Assembly (NCBI GenBank): GCA_963728205.1
Contig: CAVSIV010000006.1
Coordinates: 1,760,001 to 1,824,000 of the forward strand
DNA from: an uncultured Chloroflexia bacterium
GTDB lineage: Bacteria; Chloroflexota; Dehalococcoidia; UBA2979
DNA length: 64,000 nucleotides
Reading direction: 5' to 3'
The position numbers and the translations under genes were made by a program. This document shows positions 1 through 10,897 of this stretch, piece after piece. Positions within the stretch are counted from its first letter, which is position 1. Every line of letters begins with the position of its first letter. The notes under the pieces were generated by a model that worked only from the letters and a program-made list of their open reading frames with translations, had not been told where the DNA came from and did not search any database.

Positions 1-312
1 AGCCGAATGCTGATCCTGTGCCCACCGCCGGATGAACAGCTGGCGATAACCCGATGGATCGAGGAAGGCAGCGCCCCGCTCGACAACTCGATTCGAAATG
101 CGAGGGCTGCTATGGGCTTCGCTGCCGAATACCGCACTCGCCTGATCGCCGATGTCGTCACCGGGAAGCTCGACGTGCGCGAGGCAGCCGCGCGGCTGCC
201 GGAGGAGACGGACGAGCCGGAGCCGCTCGATGACCTTGACCTACCGGACGAAGAGCTGGATGCCCTCGACGCCGACGAGGTGGAGGCTGAACTGGCGGAG
301 GCGATGACGTGA
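1..312 (+). CDS. hsdS: Type I restriction-modification specificity subunit HsdS, C-terminal part (5' end outside window)
   Basis: PPPDEQLAI...EYRTRLIADVVTGKLDVREAA matches the conserved HsdS C-terminal helix; acidic tail; stop overlaps hsdR start (GTGA). Confidence 0.85.
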   Translation, partial: SRMLILCPPPDEQLAITRWIEEGSAPLDNSIRNARAAMGFAAEYRTRLIADVVTGKLDVREAAARLPEETDEPEPLDDLDLPDEELDALDADEVEAELAEAMT

Positions 313-3268
313 CCTCGGATACCAGCGAGCGCGGGCTGGAGGCGCTCATCGTCGCCTCGATGACCGCCGCCGGGCAGTCGGGCGGCGGCTGGGTCGCCGG
401 TGAACCCCACGACTACGACCGCGAATACAGCGTCGACCTCGTGCAACTCGCCGCCTTTCTCGAGGCCACGCAGCCGGAGGTCGCCGAATCGCTCGCGCTC
501 GCAGAAGACGGCCCCACGCGTCGCGCCTTCCTCGCGCGGCTGCAGGGCGAGATCACGAAGCGCGGCACCATCGACGTGCTGCGCCACGGCATCAAGCACG
601 GTCCGCACCAGGTCGACCTCTTCTACGGGACGCCCTCGGAGGGCAACGTGCGCGCGCAGGAGCGCTACACCGCCAACCGTTTCTCCGTCACTCGCCAGTT
701 CCGCTACAGCCGGGACGAGACGCAGCGCTCGCTCGATCTCGGGCTCTTCATCAACGGGCTCCCCATCGCCACCTTCGAGCTGAAGAACAGCCTCACGAAG
801 CAGACCGTCGAGGACGCGATCGAGCAGTACAAGCGCGACCGCGATCCCCGGGAGAGGCTGTTTGAGTTCGGGCGCTGCGTCGTGCACCTTGCCGTGGACG
901 ACAAGGAGGTCTGGTTCTGCACTCACCTCCGCGGGAAGGCGTCGTGGTTCCTTCCCTTTAACCAGGGCTGGAACGACGGCGCCGGCAATCCGCCGAACCC
1001 GTACGGCCTCATGACCGACTACCTGTGGCGGCGCATTCTCACGCCGCGCAGCCTCACTGACATTCTCGAGAACTACGCGCAGGTCGTGGAAACGAAAGAC
1101 GACAAGACCGGCCGCAAGCGCTCCACACAGATCTGGCCTCGCTACCAGCAGCTAGACGTGGTGCGGAAGCTGCTCGCGGACGCGAGCTCGCGCGGCGCTG
1201 GACACCGCTACCTGATCCAGCACTCCGCAGGGAGCGGGAAGTCGAATTCGATCGCGTGGCTCGCCCATCAGTTGATCGGGCTGAAGCAGGGCAACGCCGA
1301 TCTCTTCGATTCGATCATCGTGGTGACCGACCGTCGCATCCTCGACCAGCAGATCCGCGACACCATCAAGCAGTACGCGCAGGTGCGCTCGACCGTCGGG
1401 CACGCCGAACGCTCGGGCGACCTCCGCGGGTTCATCGCCGAGGGCAAGAAGATCATCATCACCACGGTGCAGAAGTTCCCGGTGCTTCTCGATGATATCG
1501 GGAGCGAGCACCGCGGCCGGCGCTTCGCCCTGATCATCGACGAGGCGCACTCGAGCCAAGGCGGGCAGACCTCGGCGGCCGTCTCGCGCGTGCTCTCGGC
1601 GGTCGAGGCGGATGACGATGACGAGACGGTCGAGGACGAGATCAACCGCCTCATGGAAGCGAAGAAGCTCCTGCCCAACGCGAGCTACTTCGCCTTCACG
1701 GCGACCCCGAAGAACAAGACCCTCGAGATCTTTGGCAGCCCCGAGCCCCAGCCAGACGGCTCAGTGCGCCATCGCCCGTTCCACAGCTACACCATGAAGC
1801 AGGCCATCGACGAGGGCTTCATCCTCGACGTCCTGAAGTACTACACCCCGGTCGACAGCTACTACCGGCTCGTGAAGACGATTGACACCGACCCCGAGTT
1901 CGACACGAGGCGCGCCACCCGCAAGCTGCGGCGCTATGTCGAAAGCCACGACGTGGCGATCCGGCTCAAGGCCGAGATCATGGTCGACCACTTCCACGAC
2001 CGGGTGATCGGCCTTCGCAAGATCGACGGCCAGGCGCGCGCCATGGTCGTCGCCAGCGGCATCGAGCGCGCGATTCAGTACTACCGAGCGATCAGCGCAT
2101 ACCTGGCAGAGCGAAAGAGCCCGTACCGGGCGATCGTCGCCTTTTCGGGCGAGCACGAGTTTGCCGGAGAGAGGGTGACCGAGGCGAAGCTGAATGGATT
2201 TCCATCCAACAAGATCGCCGACAAGATCGAGGAAGACCCGTACCGGTTCCTCGTGTGCGCCGACAAGTTCCAGACCGGGTATGACGAGCCGCTCCTCCAC
2301 ACGATGTACGTGGACAAGATGCTCTCCGGCGTGAAGGCTGTGCAGACGCTGTCTCGCCTGAACCGCGCTCATCCCAAGAAGCACGACGTGTTCGTGCTCG
2401 ACTTCATGAACGATGTCGATACCATCCAGAAGTCGTTCGAACCGTACTATCGGACGACCATCCTGTCCGCCGAAACCGATCCGAACAAGCTCCACGACCT
2501 CAAGGCCGATCTCGACGGCTTCGAGGTCTACTCAGAAGCCGACGTCGAGGCGTTCGTCCACAGCTACCTCAGCGGCGCGGATCGAGACCAGCTCGATCCC
2601 GTCCTCGACGCGTGCCGCGGCCGCTATATCGAAGATCTGACGAAGACGGCCAGGTGCAGTTCAAGGGAAGCGCGAAAACGTTCCTGCGGACGTACGGGTT
2701 CCTCTCATCAATTCTTCCCTACATGAACGCCCAGTGGGAGCAGCTTTCTATCTTCCTGAACTTCCTCGTGCCGAAGCTGCCGGCGCCGGTCGAGGAGGAC
2801 TTCTCGAAGGGCATTCTCGACACGATTGACATGGACAGCTATCGGGTCGAGAAGCAGGCCGCGCGCGCCATCCGACTACGGGATGAAGATGCCGAGATCA
2901 ACCCGGTGCCCGCAGGACACGTTGGGGCCCACCCCGAGCCAGAGCTCGACCACCTCTCGAATATCCTTCAGAGCTTCAACGAGCACTTCGGGAACATCGA
3001 GTGGGCCGATTCCGACCGGATCGAACAACTGATCACCGTGGACATCCCTCAGCGCGTGGAAGCTGACGTTGCCTACCGCAACGCGCAGGAGCACTCCGAC
3101 GAGCAGAACGCTCGCATCGAGCATGACAAGGCGCTCATGAGAGTGATGACCGCAGTCATGCAAGACGACACGGAGCTCTTCAAGCAGTTTGCAGACAACG
3201 AGTCGTTCCGCCGATGGATGACGGACACGGTGTTCCGTCTGACCTACGATGGACCGCCGGCGGCATAG
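309..3268 (+). CDS. hsdR: Type I restriction endonuclease subunit R (one frameshift near 2635; ORFs 309-2726 and 2612-3268)
   Basis: Nuclease motif DLGLFINGLPIATFELKN; Walker A HSAGSGKSNS; IIDEAHSSQ; FTATPK; KFQTGYDEP; QTLSRLNR; C-terminal domain continues in the second frame. Confidence 0.92.
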
Positions 3269-3459
3269 GCATACTGTGGCAGTGGCCGTGTGCTGTTCAG
3301 TGAGACCGCCTCGGCTGAGGGCTCCTGCTTACAGCGTGCGCCGGTCCTGTCCGCGCTTTCCGGTCCCCGAACGAGCCTGGTTGGTGCGAGCTCCTCCGGA
3401 GCCTCGAGGCAGAGAATCACCATCTCGTGTGCTGGCACAGCCGGGAGCTGACGGCACCC

Positions 3460-5650
3460 TCAACCAGCATTCGCAGTCGCTCCGGGAGTCGCTTCTTCGT
3501 CCAGGAGTGCTCCCTCATCGACCCGTGCGCGCGTGTCTGCGACTGCAGACTCGAGCTCGATGGTCGCAGGCTGGAACAAATCGCCCGTGCGCAGGAAGAG
3601 CAGCTCGTCGTCGGGGGGGCTTCCCGTCGCCTGTCGCAGCGCGCCCGCGTATAGGGCGAGCTGCGGCAGGTACGGAGCCGCCACCTCGGCGAGCGACCGC
3701 CCGGCGACGTCGTCCGTCTTGAAGTCGATGATGTGCCACCGGCCGCCTCGCTCGTAGGCGAGGTCGATCGTGCCGTGGACGGGCACGCCGTCCCAGTGCC
3801 ACGAGAACGGCCACTCGAAGTGCGCGCGCGTCTCCGGGTCGCGCAGCGTCGCCGCGAGCGGGCTCGCTTCGAATCGAATCGAGCATCTCGCCGACCTCGG
3901 CGGCGATGCGCTCGATCGCGGCGTCCGCGATCTGCGGGTCGAGCGAGCGTGCCAGCGCGGCGAGAATCCGGGCGCGTGCCGGTCGTGAACCGCAGCTCGA
4001 TGGCGCGGTGCGCGAGGCTGCCGCGGAGCAGGGCGAGGCCGTCGCCGTGGCCGCCGAACCATCGCGACTCCTCGGGGGCGCGGAGGGCGGTCACCGGCGT
4101 GCTCGATCGCAGCGGGATCACGGGCGGCCGCGCGACCAGCGGGGGCACGAACTCCTGCTCCTCGGCCGCCGGCGGCGGCGCGACCGGGCGCGGAGCGGGG
4201 CGTCGCGCGATCGCGTCGAGGTCCACGGGCAGCGCGGGGCGAACGTCGATGCCGGCCGTCGCGCTCGCGGCGAGCGCGTCGAGCGCGAGCGCGAGCCAGC
4301 CGTGCTCGCCGCGTCCCGACTCGTCGCCGCTCAGGTAGAGCGCGTCGGCCGCCCGCGTCGCCGCGACGTAGAAGAGGCGCCGGTGCTCGGCGACCTCCTC
4401 GACGTGATCGCGCGCGAGCAGGTGCGCGTAGAAGCCGGGGCGGCGACGGCCCGTCTCCTCCGCGTCCTGCTCGGCGGTCAGCGTGAGCGAGATGCCGTCC
4501 TCGGTGCGCCAGCGCACCGCCTCGTAGCTGTCGCGCGGCGGCAGGTGGGCTTCCGGCACGAACACGACCGGGAACTCGAGCCCCTTCGCGCCGTGGATGC
4601 GTGAGGAGGCGGACCGCGTCGGAGTCGTCGAGGACCGCCTGTCCCTCGCGCGCCTCGAGCTCGTCGCGGCGGCGGCGCACGTAGGCGACGACCTCGTCGA
4701 GCGAGCGCCCCGCGAGCGTGCGGGCGATCGCCACGAACTTGCGGATGTTCGCGAGCGCCTGGTCGCCACCCGGGAGCGGCGCCCAGGCCGCCTCGAACGC
4801 GGTCAGGCCGAGCGCGCGTTCGAGCAGCGCGTCGGCGGGGACGGTCGCGGCGTCCTCGCGCAGCGCGTCGAGCACGACGGCGGCGTGGCGGCACCGTGCT
4901 CGCACGTCGTCGGGCAGCGCCGGCGGCGGCTCGCGGAGTGCCGGCAGCCAGCCGCGCGGCTCGTCGCGGAGGGCGAGCAGCGTCGCGTCGTCGAGCATGA
5001 AGAGCGGCGAGCGGAGCGCGCCCACCAGCGCGATGGCGTCGTCGGGCTCCGCGAGCCAGCCGAGGAGGTTCGCCAGGTCCAGCACCTCCTGGCGCGTGAA
5101 GAAGCCGGCGCCGGCGGGCGTCCGGTAGGCGACGCCGCGCGCCTCGAGGGCCTGCTCGAAGAGGTGCACGTTCGAGAGCCGGCGCAGCAGGATCGCGACG
5201 TCGCGCGGCCGCGCCGGGCGGTAGGTGGCGGCGTCGCGGTCCCAGACGGGCTGGCCCGCGTCGAGCAGCGCGGCGATCTCCGCCGCGACGGCGTCGGCCT
5301 CGACGCGCCGCCGGTCGTGGTCGGTCGTGGTGTCGCCCGCCGGCGTCCTCGTCTCCGATCGGCTGGATCGTGAGGTGCGGCGCGGGGGGTGAGGCGGCGC
5401 CGCGGCCGGTCATCGGCTGCATGGGCGCCTCGAACTCCTCGTGCGCCGTCGCCGAGCACCGCCGTGAAGAGGTCGTTCAGGATCGCGACCAGCGGGTCGT
5501 GCGCGCGGAACGAGCGGCTGAGCGGGTGACGCCGCCGCCCGTGCCGCCTCGATCTCGAGGTGGAGGCGGCGGAAGTGGCGCACGTCGCTGCCGCGGAAGC
5601 GGTAGATCGCCTGCTTCGCGTCGCCGGCGAGGAAGAGGTGCGGTCGCGGT
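3460..5650 (-). pseudogene. AddA/UvrD-family helicase with C-terminal RecB-type PD-(D/E)XK nuclease; N-terminally truncated and multiply frameshifted
   Basis: Motifs recovered across frames: HLFLAGDAKQAIYRFRG, TIHGAKGLEFPVVF, EHRRLFYVAATRA, and nuclease GTIDLAY...IIDFKTD...YLPQLALY. Walker A/B region absent. Confidence 0.82.
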
Positions 5651-5784
5651 TGCTTCGCGCGGGGGTCCTCGGTGGCGGCGTCCCCGGTCGAGGGCTCCTC
5701 GAGGTCGGGGGCGACGTCGACCTCCGGGGACTGCTCCTCGGTGGCGCCCACGGAGTCGTGCCGCTTCTTCTTGAAGATGCTCAC
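5650..5784 (-). pseudogene. 5' fragment (~40 codons) of the actinobacterial gene downstream of dut (DUF3710-like), fused in frame to the helicase fragment
   Basis: MSIFKKKR followed by an acidic tract is typical of DUF3710 N-termini; position directly after dut fits the usual DUF4193-dut-DUF3710 order. Confidence 0.6.
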
Positions 5785-5888
5785 TGCGCTGTCGTCCTCG
5801 GGTGTCGGTCGCGGGTGGGGGGTTCACCACGCTCTGCGGTTCGGGTCGGCCGGGCTTGCTGGCGGCCGTGGATCGTGCCGGTGCTGTA

Positions 5889-6372
5889 CTACTGCGGGCC
5901 CGAGGCGCCGAAGCCGCCGGTGGACCCGTGCCCAGTGTCCCCCCGGGTGCTGCCCGGAAGCGAATCCGCCTCCGCGAAGTCGCCGTGCAGGTAGGACTGG
6001 ACCACCAGCTGCGCGATCCGATCCCCCACGTGCACCGTGAAGGACTGGCTCGGGTCGAGGTTGACGAGGTTGACGAGCACCTCACCGCGGTAGCCGGAGT
6101 CGACCGTGCCGGGGGCGTTGACCACGGTCACTCCGTGCCTCGCCGCGAGACCGGACCGTGGATGGACCAGCCCCACCGTTCCGGGTGGGAGCGCGAGCGC
6201 AAGCCCCGTGGGCACCAGGGCCCGCTCCCCCGGTTCGAGCGTCAGCTCGACCACGCTCGTCAGGTCGGCGCCGGCGTCGCCGTGGGTGCTGTACGCGGGC
6301 AGGCGCGGCGTCCGGGTGTACTCGTCGGACGCTCACCGGGACCCGAGTGGGTGCGTCGTCCACGCGAGTCAC
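5889..6372 (-). CDS. dut: dUTP diphosphatase (frameshift near 6300)
   Basis: GDAGADL, HPRSGLA, NAPGTVDSGYRGE, DRIAQL, RGDTGHGSTG motifs. Confidence 0.95.
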
Positions 6373-6382
6373 CGCCCGGCGC

Positions 6383-6682
6383 TCAGGCCGCGCACTCCTT
6401 GCACACCAGGACACCGGACTTCTCGGTGGCGAGCTGGCTGCGGTGGTGCACGAGGAAGCATCGCGAGCAGGTGAACTCGTCGTCCTGGCGCGGGAGCACC
6501 CGCACCGAGAGCTCCTCGCCGGAGAGGTCCGCGCCGGGCAGCTCGAAGCCTTCGGCCTGTTCGGTCTCGTCGACGTCCACGCTCGAGGCGCGCTTGTCGA
6601 CGCGGCGGTTCTTCAACTCCTCGATGGAGTCCTCCGACATCTCGTCGTCGGTCTTGCGCGGTGCGTCGTAGTCGGTCGCCAT
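6383..6682 (-). CDS. DUF4193 family protein
   Basis: MATDYDAPRK...ELPGADLSGEELSVRVLPRQDDEFTCSRCFLVHHRSQL...CKEC. Confidence 0.9.
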   Translation of the reverse strand: MATDYDAPRKTDDEMSEDSIEELKNRRVDKRASSVDVDETEQAEGFELPGADLSGEELSVRVLPRQDDEFTCSRCFLVHHRSQLATEKSGVLVCKECAA

Positions 6683-6881
6683 GTGCTGATGTCCACCCTT
6701 CGTCGTGTCAACCCGGCCGTCACAACGCACGACGTGCCTCGTTTGTGCCCGCCCTGATGCCGTGCGCCGCGATTGTGCACCATCCGAGCCCCTGTCGTCA
6801 CACCGGGTCCACGGGACGGCCGCCCGAGACTCGCGACTCGCGGGCCCGCGGCGGGTGAGGTGCCGCCCGGTCCGCCGTCGG

Positions 6882-7757
6882 TCAGTGGTCCCGCGTCACG
6901 TGCTCACGGGTCAGGGTGCGCACGAGCTCGACGAAGGGACGCGCGAGGCCGGGCGCGACCGCCACGGTGAGGTCCCGTCCCGCATGCGGTCCACCGAGGC
7001 CGACGACCACGGCACCGGCCTCACGTGCGACGAGCTCGCCCGCGGCCCGGTCCCAGGCGTTGAGCCCGCTCTCGTAGTAGCCGTCGAGCCGTCCGCAGGC
7101 CACGGCGCACAGGTCGAGCGCGGCACTGCCGGCGCGACGGATGTCACGGACCTGAGGGAGCACCTCGAGGAGGATCCGTGCCTGCCGCGAGCGCACCTGG
7201 GCGTCGTAGCCGAAACCGGTTCCCACGAGGGCCAGTCCGAGGTCGCTCGCCCCGGTCGCCGCCAGGGCCACCGTGCCGGACGCAGTCGTCAGGCGGGCGC
7301 CACCTCCGACGTGGGCGTGGAAGAACTCACCGCTGGCCGGGTTCAGGACCGCCCCCGCGATGCTGCGCCACCCGCCCTCGACGCCCTGGTCACCCACGAC
7401 GGCGGCGACCGACACCGCGTACGCGGGAATGTCGTAGAGGTAGTTGACGGTGCCGTCGATGGGGTCCAGGACCCAGGTGACGCCGGAGGTGCCGACCGCT
7501 GCCCCCTCCTCCTCCCCGACGACCGCATCCTGCGGACGCCGTTCCCCGAGCAGGGTGATGAGCAGCTCCTGGCTCGCCTGGTCCATCTCCGTGACGACGT
7601 CGGTGCGGGTCGACTTGGCCGAGACCCCAAGGTCGCGAGGGCGCTCCTCGGTGACGAGGCGCCCGGCGGCCCGCGCCACGTCGCACGCGATCCGCTCGAG
7701 CTCGGCGGGGTCCACGCCCGTGGGGACCTCGGGTCGCGCGGGGGCCGGCTCGCCCAT
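6882..7757 (-). CDS. Inositol monophosphatase family protein (SuhB-like)
   Basis: DVVTEMD, GEEE, WVLDPIDGTVNY, RRAGSAALDL, WDRAAG. Confidence 0.92.
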   Translation of the reverse strand: MGEPAPARPEVPTGVDPAELERIACDVARAAGRLVTEERPRDLGVSAKSTRTDVVTEMDQASQELLITLLGERRPQDAVVGEEEGAAVGTSGVTWVLDPIDGTVNYLYDIPAYAVSVAAVVGDQGVEGGWRSIAGAVLNPASGEFFHAHVGGGARLTTASGTVALAATGASDLGLALVGTGFGYDAQVRSRQARILLEVLPQVRDIRRAGSAALDLCAVACGRLDGYYESGLNAWDRAAGELVAREAGAVVVGLGGPHAGRDLTVAVAPGLARPFVELVRTLTREHVTRDH

Positions 7758-8860
7758 CAGTCACTCCCGCACAGGGCCGGCCTGGCCGTCCGCAGGTTGG
7801 GGCAGCATCCGGGTGCGCACACCGACGGGCGGACGTCACCCGGCAGCCAGGTCTCGGGGACGACGACCTCGCCGCGGGCCTGGGCTGCCCGCTCGAGGAG
7901 GAGGTCGACCAGGCCGGAGACGAACTCCTCGTCGGTGTCGGGCGTGGCGGGTCGCAGGAACGGCAGGCCCACCCGCTGGGCCGTCGCGGCGGCCTCGGTG
8001 TCGAGGTCCTGGATGACCTCCATGTGGTCGGAGACGAAGCCGATGGGGATGACCACCACGGCACCGTCACCCTCCGTCGCGAGCTCCTCGATGCGGTCGT
8101 TGACGTCGGGCTCGAGCCACGGCTGGGAGGGAGGGCCGGACCGTGAGCAGAACACGAGCTCACCCGTCAGCCGGGTGCCCAGCTCGGCATTGACCTCGTC
8201 GGTGATCCGCCGGAGCAGGCGAAGGTGCTGGTCGACGTAGAGGTTTCCCTCACCGTCAGCCGGGCCGGAGGTGTCGTCCATGGCCAGCGGCACCGAGTGG
8301 GTGACGTAGAGCAGCCGGGCCGTCGACGGCTCGGCGAGGGTGCGGAGGGACTCGAGCACGGCACGGGTCCAGGTCCGCCCCACCGAGGGGTGCACGGCGT
8401 AAGGCCGCACCTTGTCGACGACGAGGCCGTCGGCGGCCGGTCCGACGTCGGCCACGGCGGCCGCGAGGTCCTCGCGGTACTGACGGCACGAGGAGTAGCA
8501 GGAGTAGGCGCTCGTGAGCAACGTCACGACGTTCCGGGCGCCGAGGTCGAGGGCTTCGTGCAGCGCGTCGGCGAAGAAGGGCTCGGAGTTGCGGTTGCCC
8601 CAGACCACCGGCACCTCGATGCCGCGGCGGTCCAGCTCGGCACGCAGGCGCCCGATGAGGTCACGGTTGAGGTCGTTGATGGGGCTTCGTCCCCCGCGGT
8701 CGAAGTAGTGCTCGCCGACGGCGACGAGGCGCTCCTCCGGGATGTCGCGCCCCGCCGTGACGCGGCGCAGGAAGGGCACGACCTCCTCCGGCGACTCGGG
8801 CCCTCCGAAGGAACCCAGCAGGACGACGTCGTAGGGCGCCAGGTCGGGGGTATGGGTCAT
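7757..8860 (-). CDS. hemH: Ferrochelatase (coproporphyrin ferrochelatase)
   Basis: SFGGPE, GGRSPIN, YSSCRQY, THSVP, WLEPDV, GFVSDHMEVIQDLD; TACCGT -10 six nt before the ATG. Confidence 0.93.
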   Translation of the reverse strand: MTHTPDLAPYDVVLLGSFGGPESPEEVVPFLRRVTAGRDIPEERLVAVGEHYFDRGGRSPINDLNRDLIGRLRAELDRRGIEVPVVWGNRNSEPFFADALHEALDLGARNVVTLLTSAYSCYSSCRQYREDLAAAVADVGPAADGLVVDKVRPYAVHPSVGRTWTRAVLESLRTLAEPSTARLLYVTHSVPLAMDDTSGPADGEGNLYVDQHLRLLRRITDEVNAELGTRLTGELVFCSRSGPPSQPWLEPDVNDRIEELATEGDGAVVVIPIGFVSDHMEVIQDLDTEAAATAQRVGLPFLRPATPDTDEEFVSGLVDLLLERAAQARGEVVVPETWLPGDVRPSVCAPGCCPNLRTARPALCGSD

Positions 8861-8970
8861 GGTGCAACGGTAGCCGGGGGTTTCTCGGCGCCTCGGCGTG
8901 GGATCCCCGATGCGGGGGGTTCGGCGTGGCATCGTCGGGTCCTGACGACGAGCGACATCGGGAGCCCGAC

Positions 8971-10147
8971 ATGCAGGACCTTCGCCTCATCGGCGTCCAC
9001 GAGGACGGCCAACACCTCCTGCTCACGGATGCGCAGGGCGCTCGCTTCCGGGTGTCCCTCGATGACGCCCTCCGGGCAGCGGCCAGGCGTGACCGGCCAC
9101 GCCTCGGGCAGCTCCAGATCGAGATCGACGGCGGCCTTCGGCCTCGAGAGGTCCAGGCGCTCATCCGGCGGGGCCTCTCGACCGAGGAGGTGGCCGACCG
9201 GGCCGGATGGACGGTGGAGAAGGTCCGCCGGTTCGAGGGGCCGGTGCTCGCCGAGCGCGAGCACGTGGCTCGCAAGGCCCGCGAGTGCGCCGTCGGGAGC
9301 CGGGGCTCCGGTCCGGTGACGCTCGCCGAGCGCGTCACCGAGCGGCTGCGGGACCGCGGGGTCGATCGCGACGCGGCGGAGTGGGACTCCGCGCGCGACG
9401 AGGACGGGGTGTGGTCGCTGAGCATGACCTTCCCCGCGGGAGGTCGCCAGCGCACGGCCACGTGGCACTACGAGCCACTCGGGGGGTCCGTGAGCGCGAC
9501 CAACGACGAGGCTCGCTGGCTGAGCGAGGAGGCCGCGCCGACCCGGGCGATCCCTGCCCCGCACCGGGCCGAGTCCTCCGACGAGCTCGACGTCTACGAC
9601 CTCGCCGCGGACGGTGGCCTGGACCGCACGAACAGGGACCGGGCCCCGCACGAGCCCATCGACCTGATGGCCGCGATGCGCGAGCACAGCGCCCGCGGAC
9701 GTCGCGGCCGTCGGCGTGCCTCACCAGCCCACACCCCCGGTGAGGACCGCCCTCGCCACGACGCCCTGCCACTCGAGGACCTCACCGCCCCCACGACCGA
9801 GGCCGGGCCTCCGCCGGCGGCGCGTGGCCGCAACACCGTCTCCCACCATCTCGAGCTGTCCCACGACCCCGAGGACTCCCACGAGGCGGTGGGCGGCTGG
9901 CCGGAGGACGACGCCGCGGGCCTGCTCGAGGTCCGTGACGCCGCCGAGAACGGGCCCGCCGAGGCGTCGTGCCCGGTCAGCCCGGTGGGACGGGTCGAGC
10001 ACCGGGACGGCACCCTGGCGCCGGCTGGCCACGCCGACGAGAACGGCGGGCCCCCGAAGCAGTCGACCGGCGCGCGCAAGGGGCGGCCCAGCGTGCCCAG
10101 CTGGGACGACATCGTGCTTCGGCACCCGTGGGAGCGGGCCGGTCTGA
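8971..10147 (+). CDS. sepH: Septation protein SepH (DUF3071); frameshift near 10115
   Basis: MQDLRLIGV, LRPREVQALIRRG HTH, RFEGPVLAER, and C-terminal RPSVPSWDDIV(F)G motif. Confidence 0.88.
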
Positions 10148-10208
10148 CACGGACGGGTCCGTCGCGGGAGGTCGACGCCGGGCGGTCGGTCGTCGGTCGC
10201 GCGAGACG

Positions 10209-10886
10209 TCAGCGTGGGGGTGGCACCGGGCAGACGTCGAGGTCGAAGGGCAGGGTGTCCGGTGACAGCGCCGCGGCGCGGGCCGCGTGGGAGTTCATCC
10301 GTCGCATGTAGTGCCGTCGGCACAGCACCTCGTACTCGACGAGACCCTGCGTCGTGGCGGCGGTGTCCCCCACCACCACCTGCTCCCCCTCGACGACCAT
10401 GACGCCGCCGACGATGCGAGCGTTGTGGGTGGCCTTCCGGCCGCACCAGCACAGTGCCTCGACCTGGAGCAGCTGGACCCGGTCGGAGAGCTCGATGAGG
10501 CGTCTGGAGCCGGGAAAGAGCTCGGTCCGGAAGTCCGCCGTGATCCCGAAGGCGTGCACGTCGATGCCCATCTCGTCGACGACGCGGGCGAGCTGCTCGA
10601 CCTGGTTCGGGGTGTAGAACTGCGCCTCGTCGCAGATCAGGTAGTCCACGCGCCCCCCGGACGTGAGCCGCTCCACCACGACGTCCCAGAAGTCGAGGGT
10701 GTCGTCGACCTCGATGGCCGAGGTCGACAGACCGAGCCTCGAGGAGAGCACCGAGTCACCCATCCGGTCGAGCTTGGTGAAGATCAGCCCCTGTCGCCCA
10801 CGGACACTGTTGTTGTGGTCCATCTGGAGGGCAAGGGTGGACTTGCCGCAGTCCATCGTGCCCGAGAAGAAGACCAGTTCCGCCAC
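10209..10886 (-). CDS. tdk: Thymidine kinase
   Basis: FSGTMDCGKST, ICDEAQF, FGITADFR, CWCG, YEVLCRRH. Confidence 0.93.
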   Translation of the reverse strand: MAELVFFSGTMDCGKSTLALQMDHNNSVRGRQGLIFTKLDRMGDSVLSSRLGLSTSAIEVDDTLDFWDVVVERLTSGGRVDYLICDEAQFYTPNQVEQLARVVDEMGIDVHAFGITADFRTELFPGSRRLIELSDRVQLLQVEALCWCGRKATHNARIVGGVMVVEGEQVVVGDTAATTQGLVEYEVLCRRHYMRRMNSHAARAAALSPDTLPFDLDVCPVPPPR

Positions 10887-10897
10887 GAGGGGACACC

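Noticed and set aside
2600-2730. Programmed frameshift or phase variation in hsdR (and in dinB, dut)
   Set aside because: No slippery heptamer or simple-sequence tract; the window-wide indel rate explains them
1-5650. Integrative element or prophage inserted in the DUF3710-like gene
   Set aside because: No integrase, att repeat or phage gene visible, and the junction cuts the incoming helicase mid-domain
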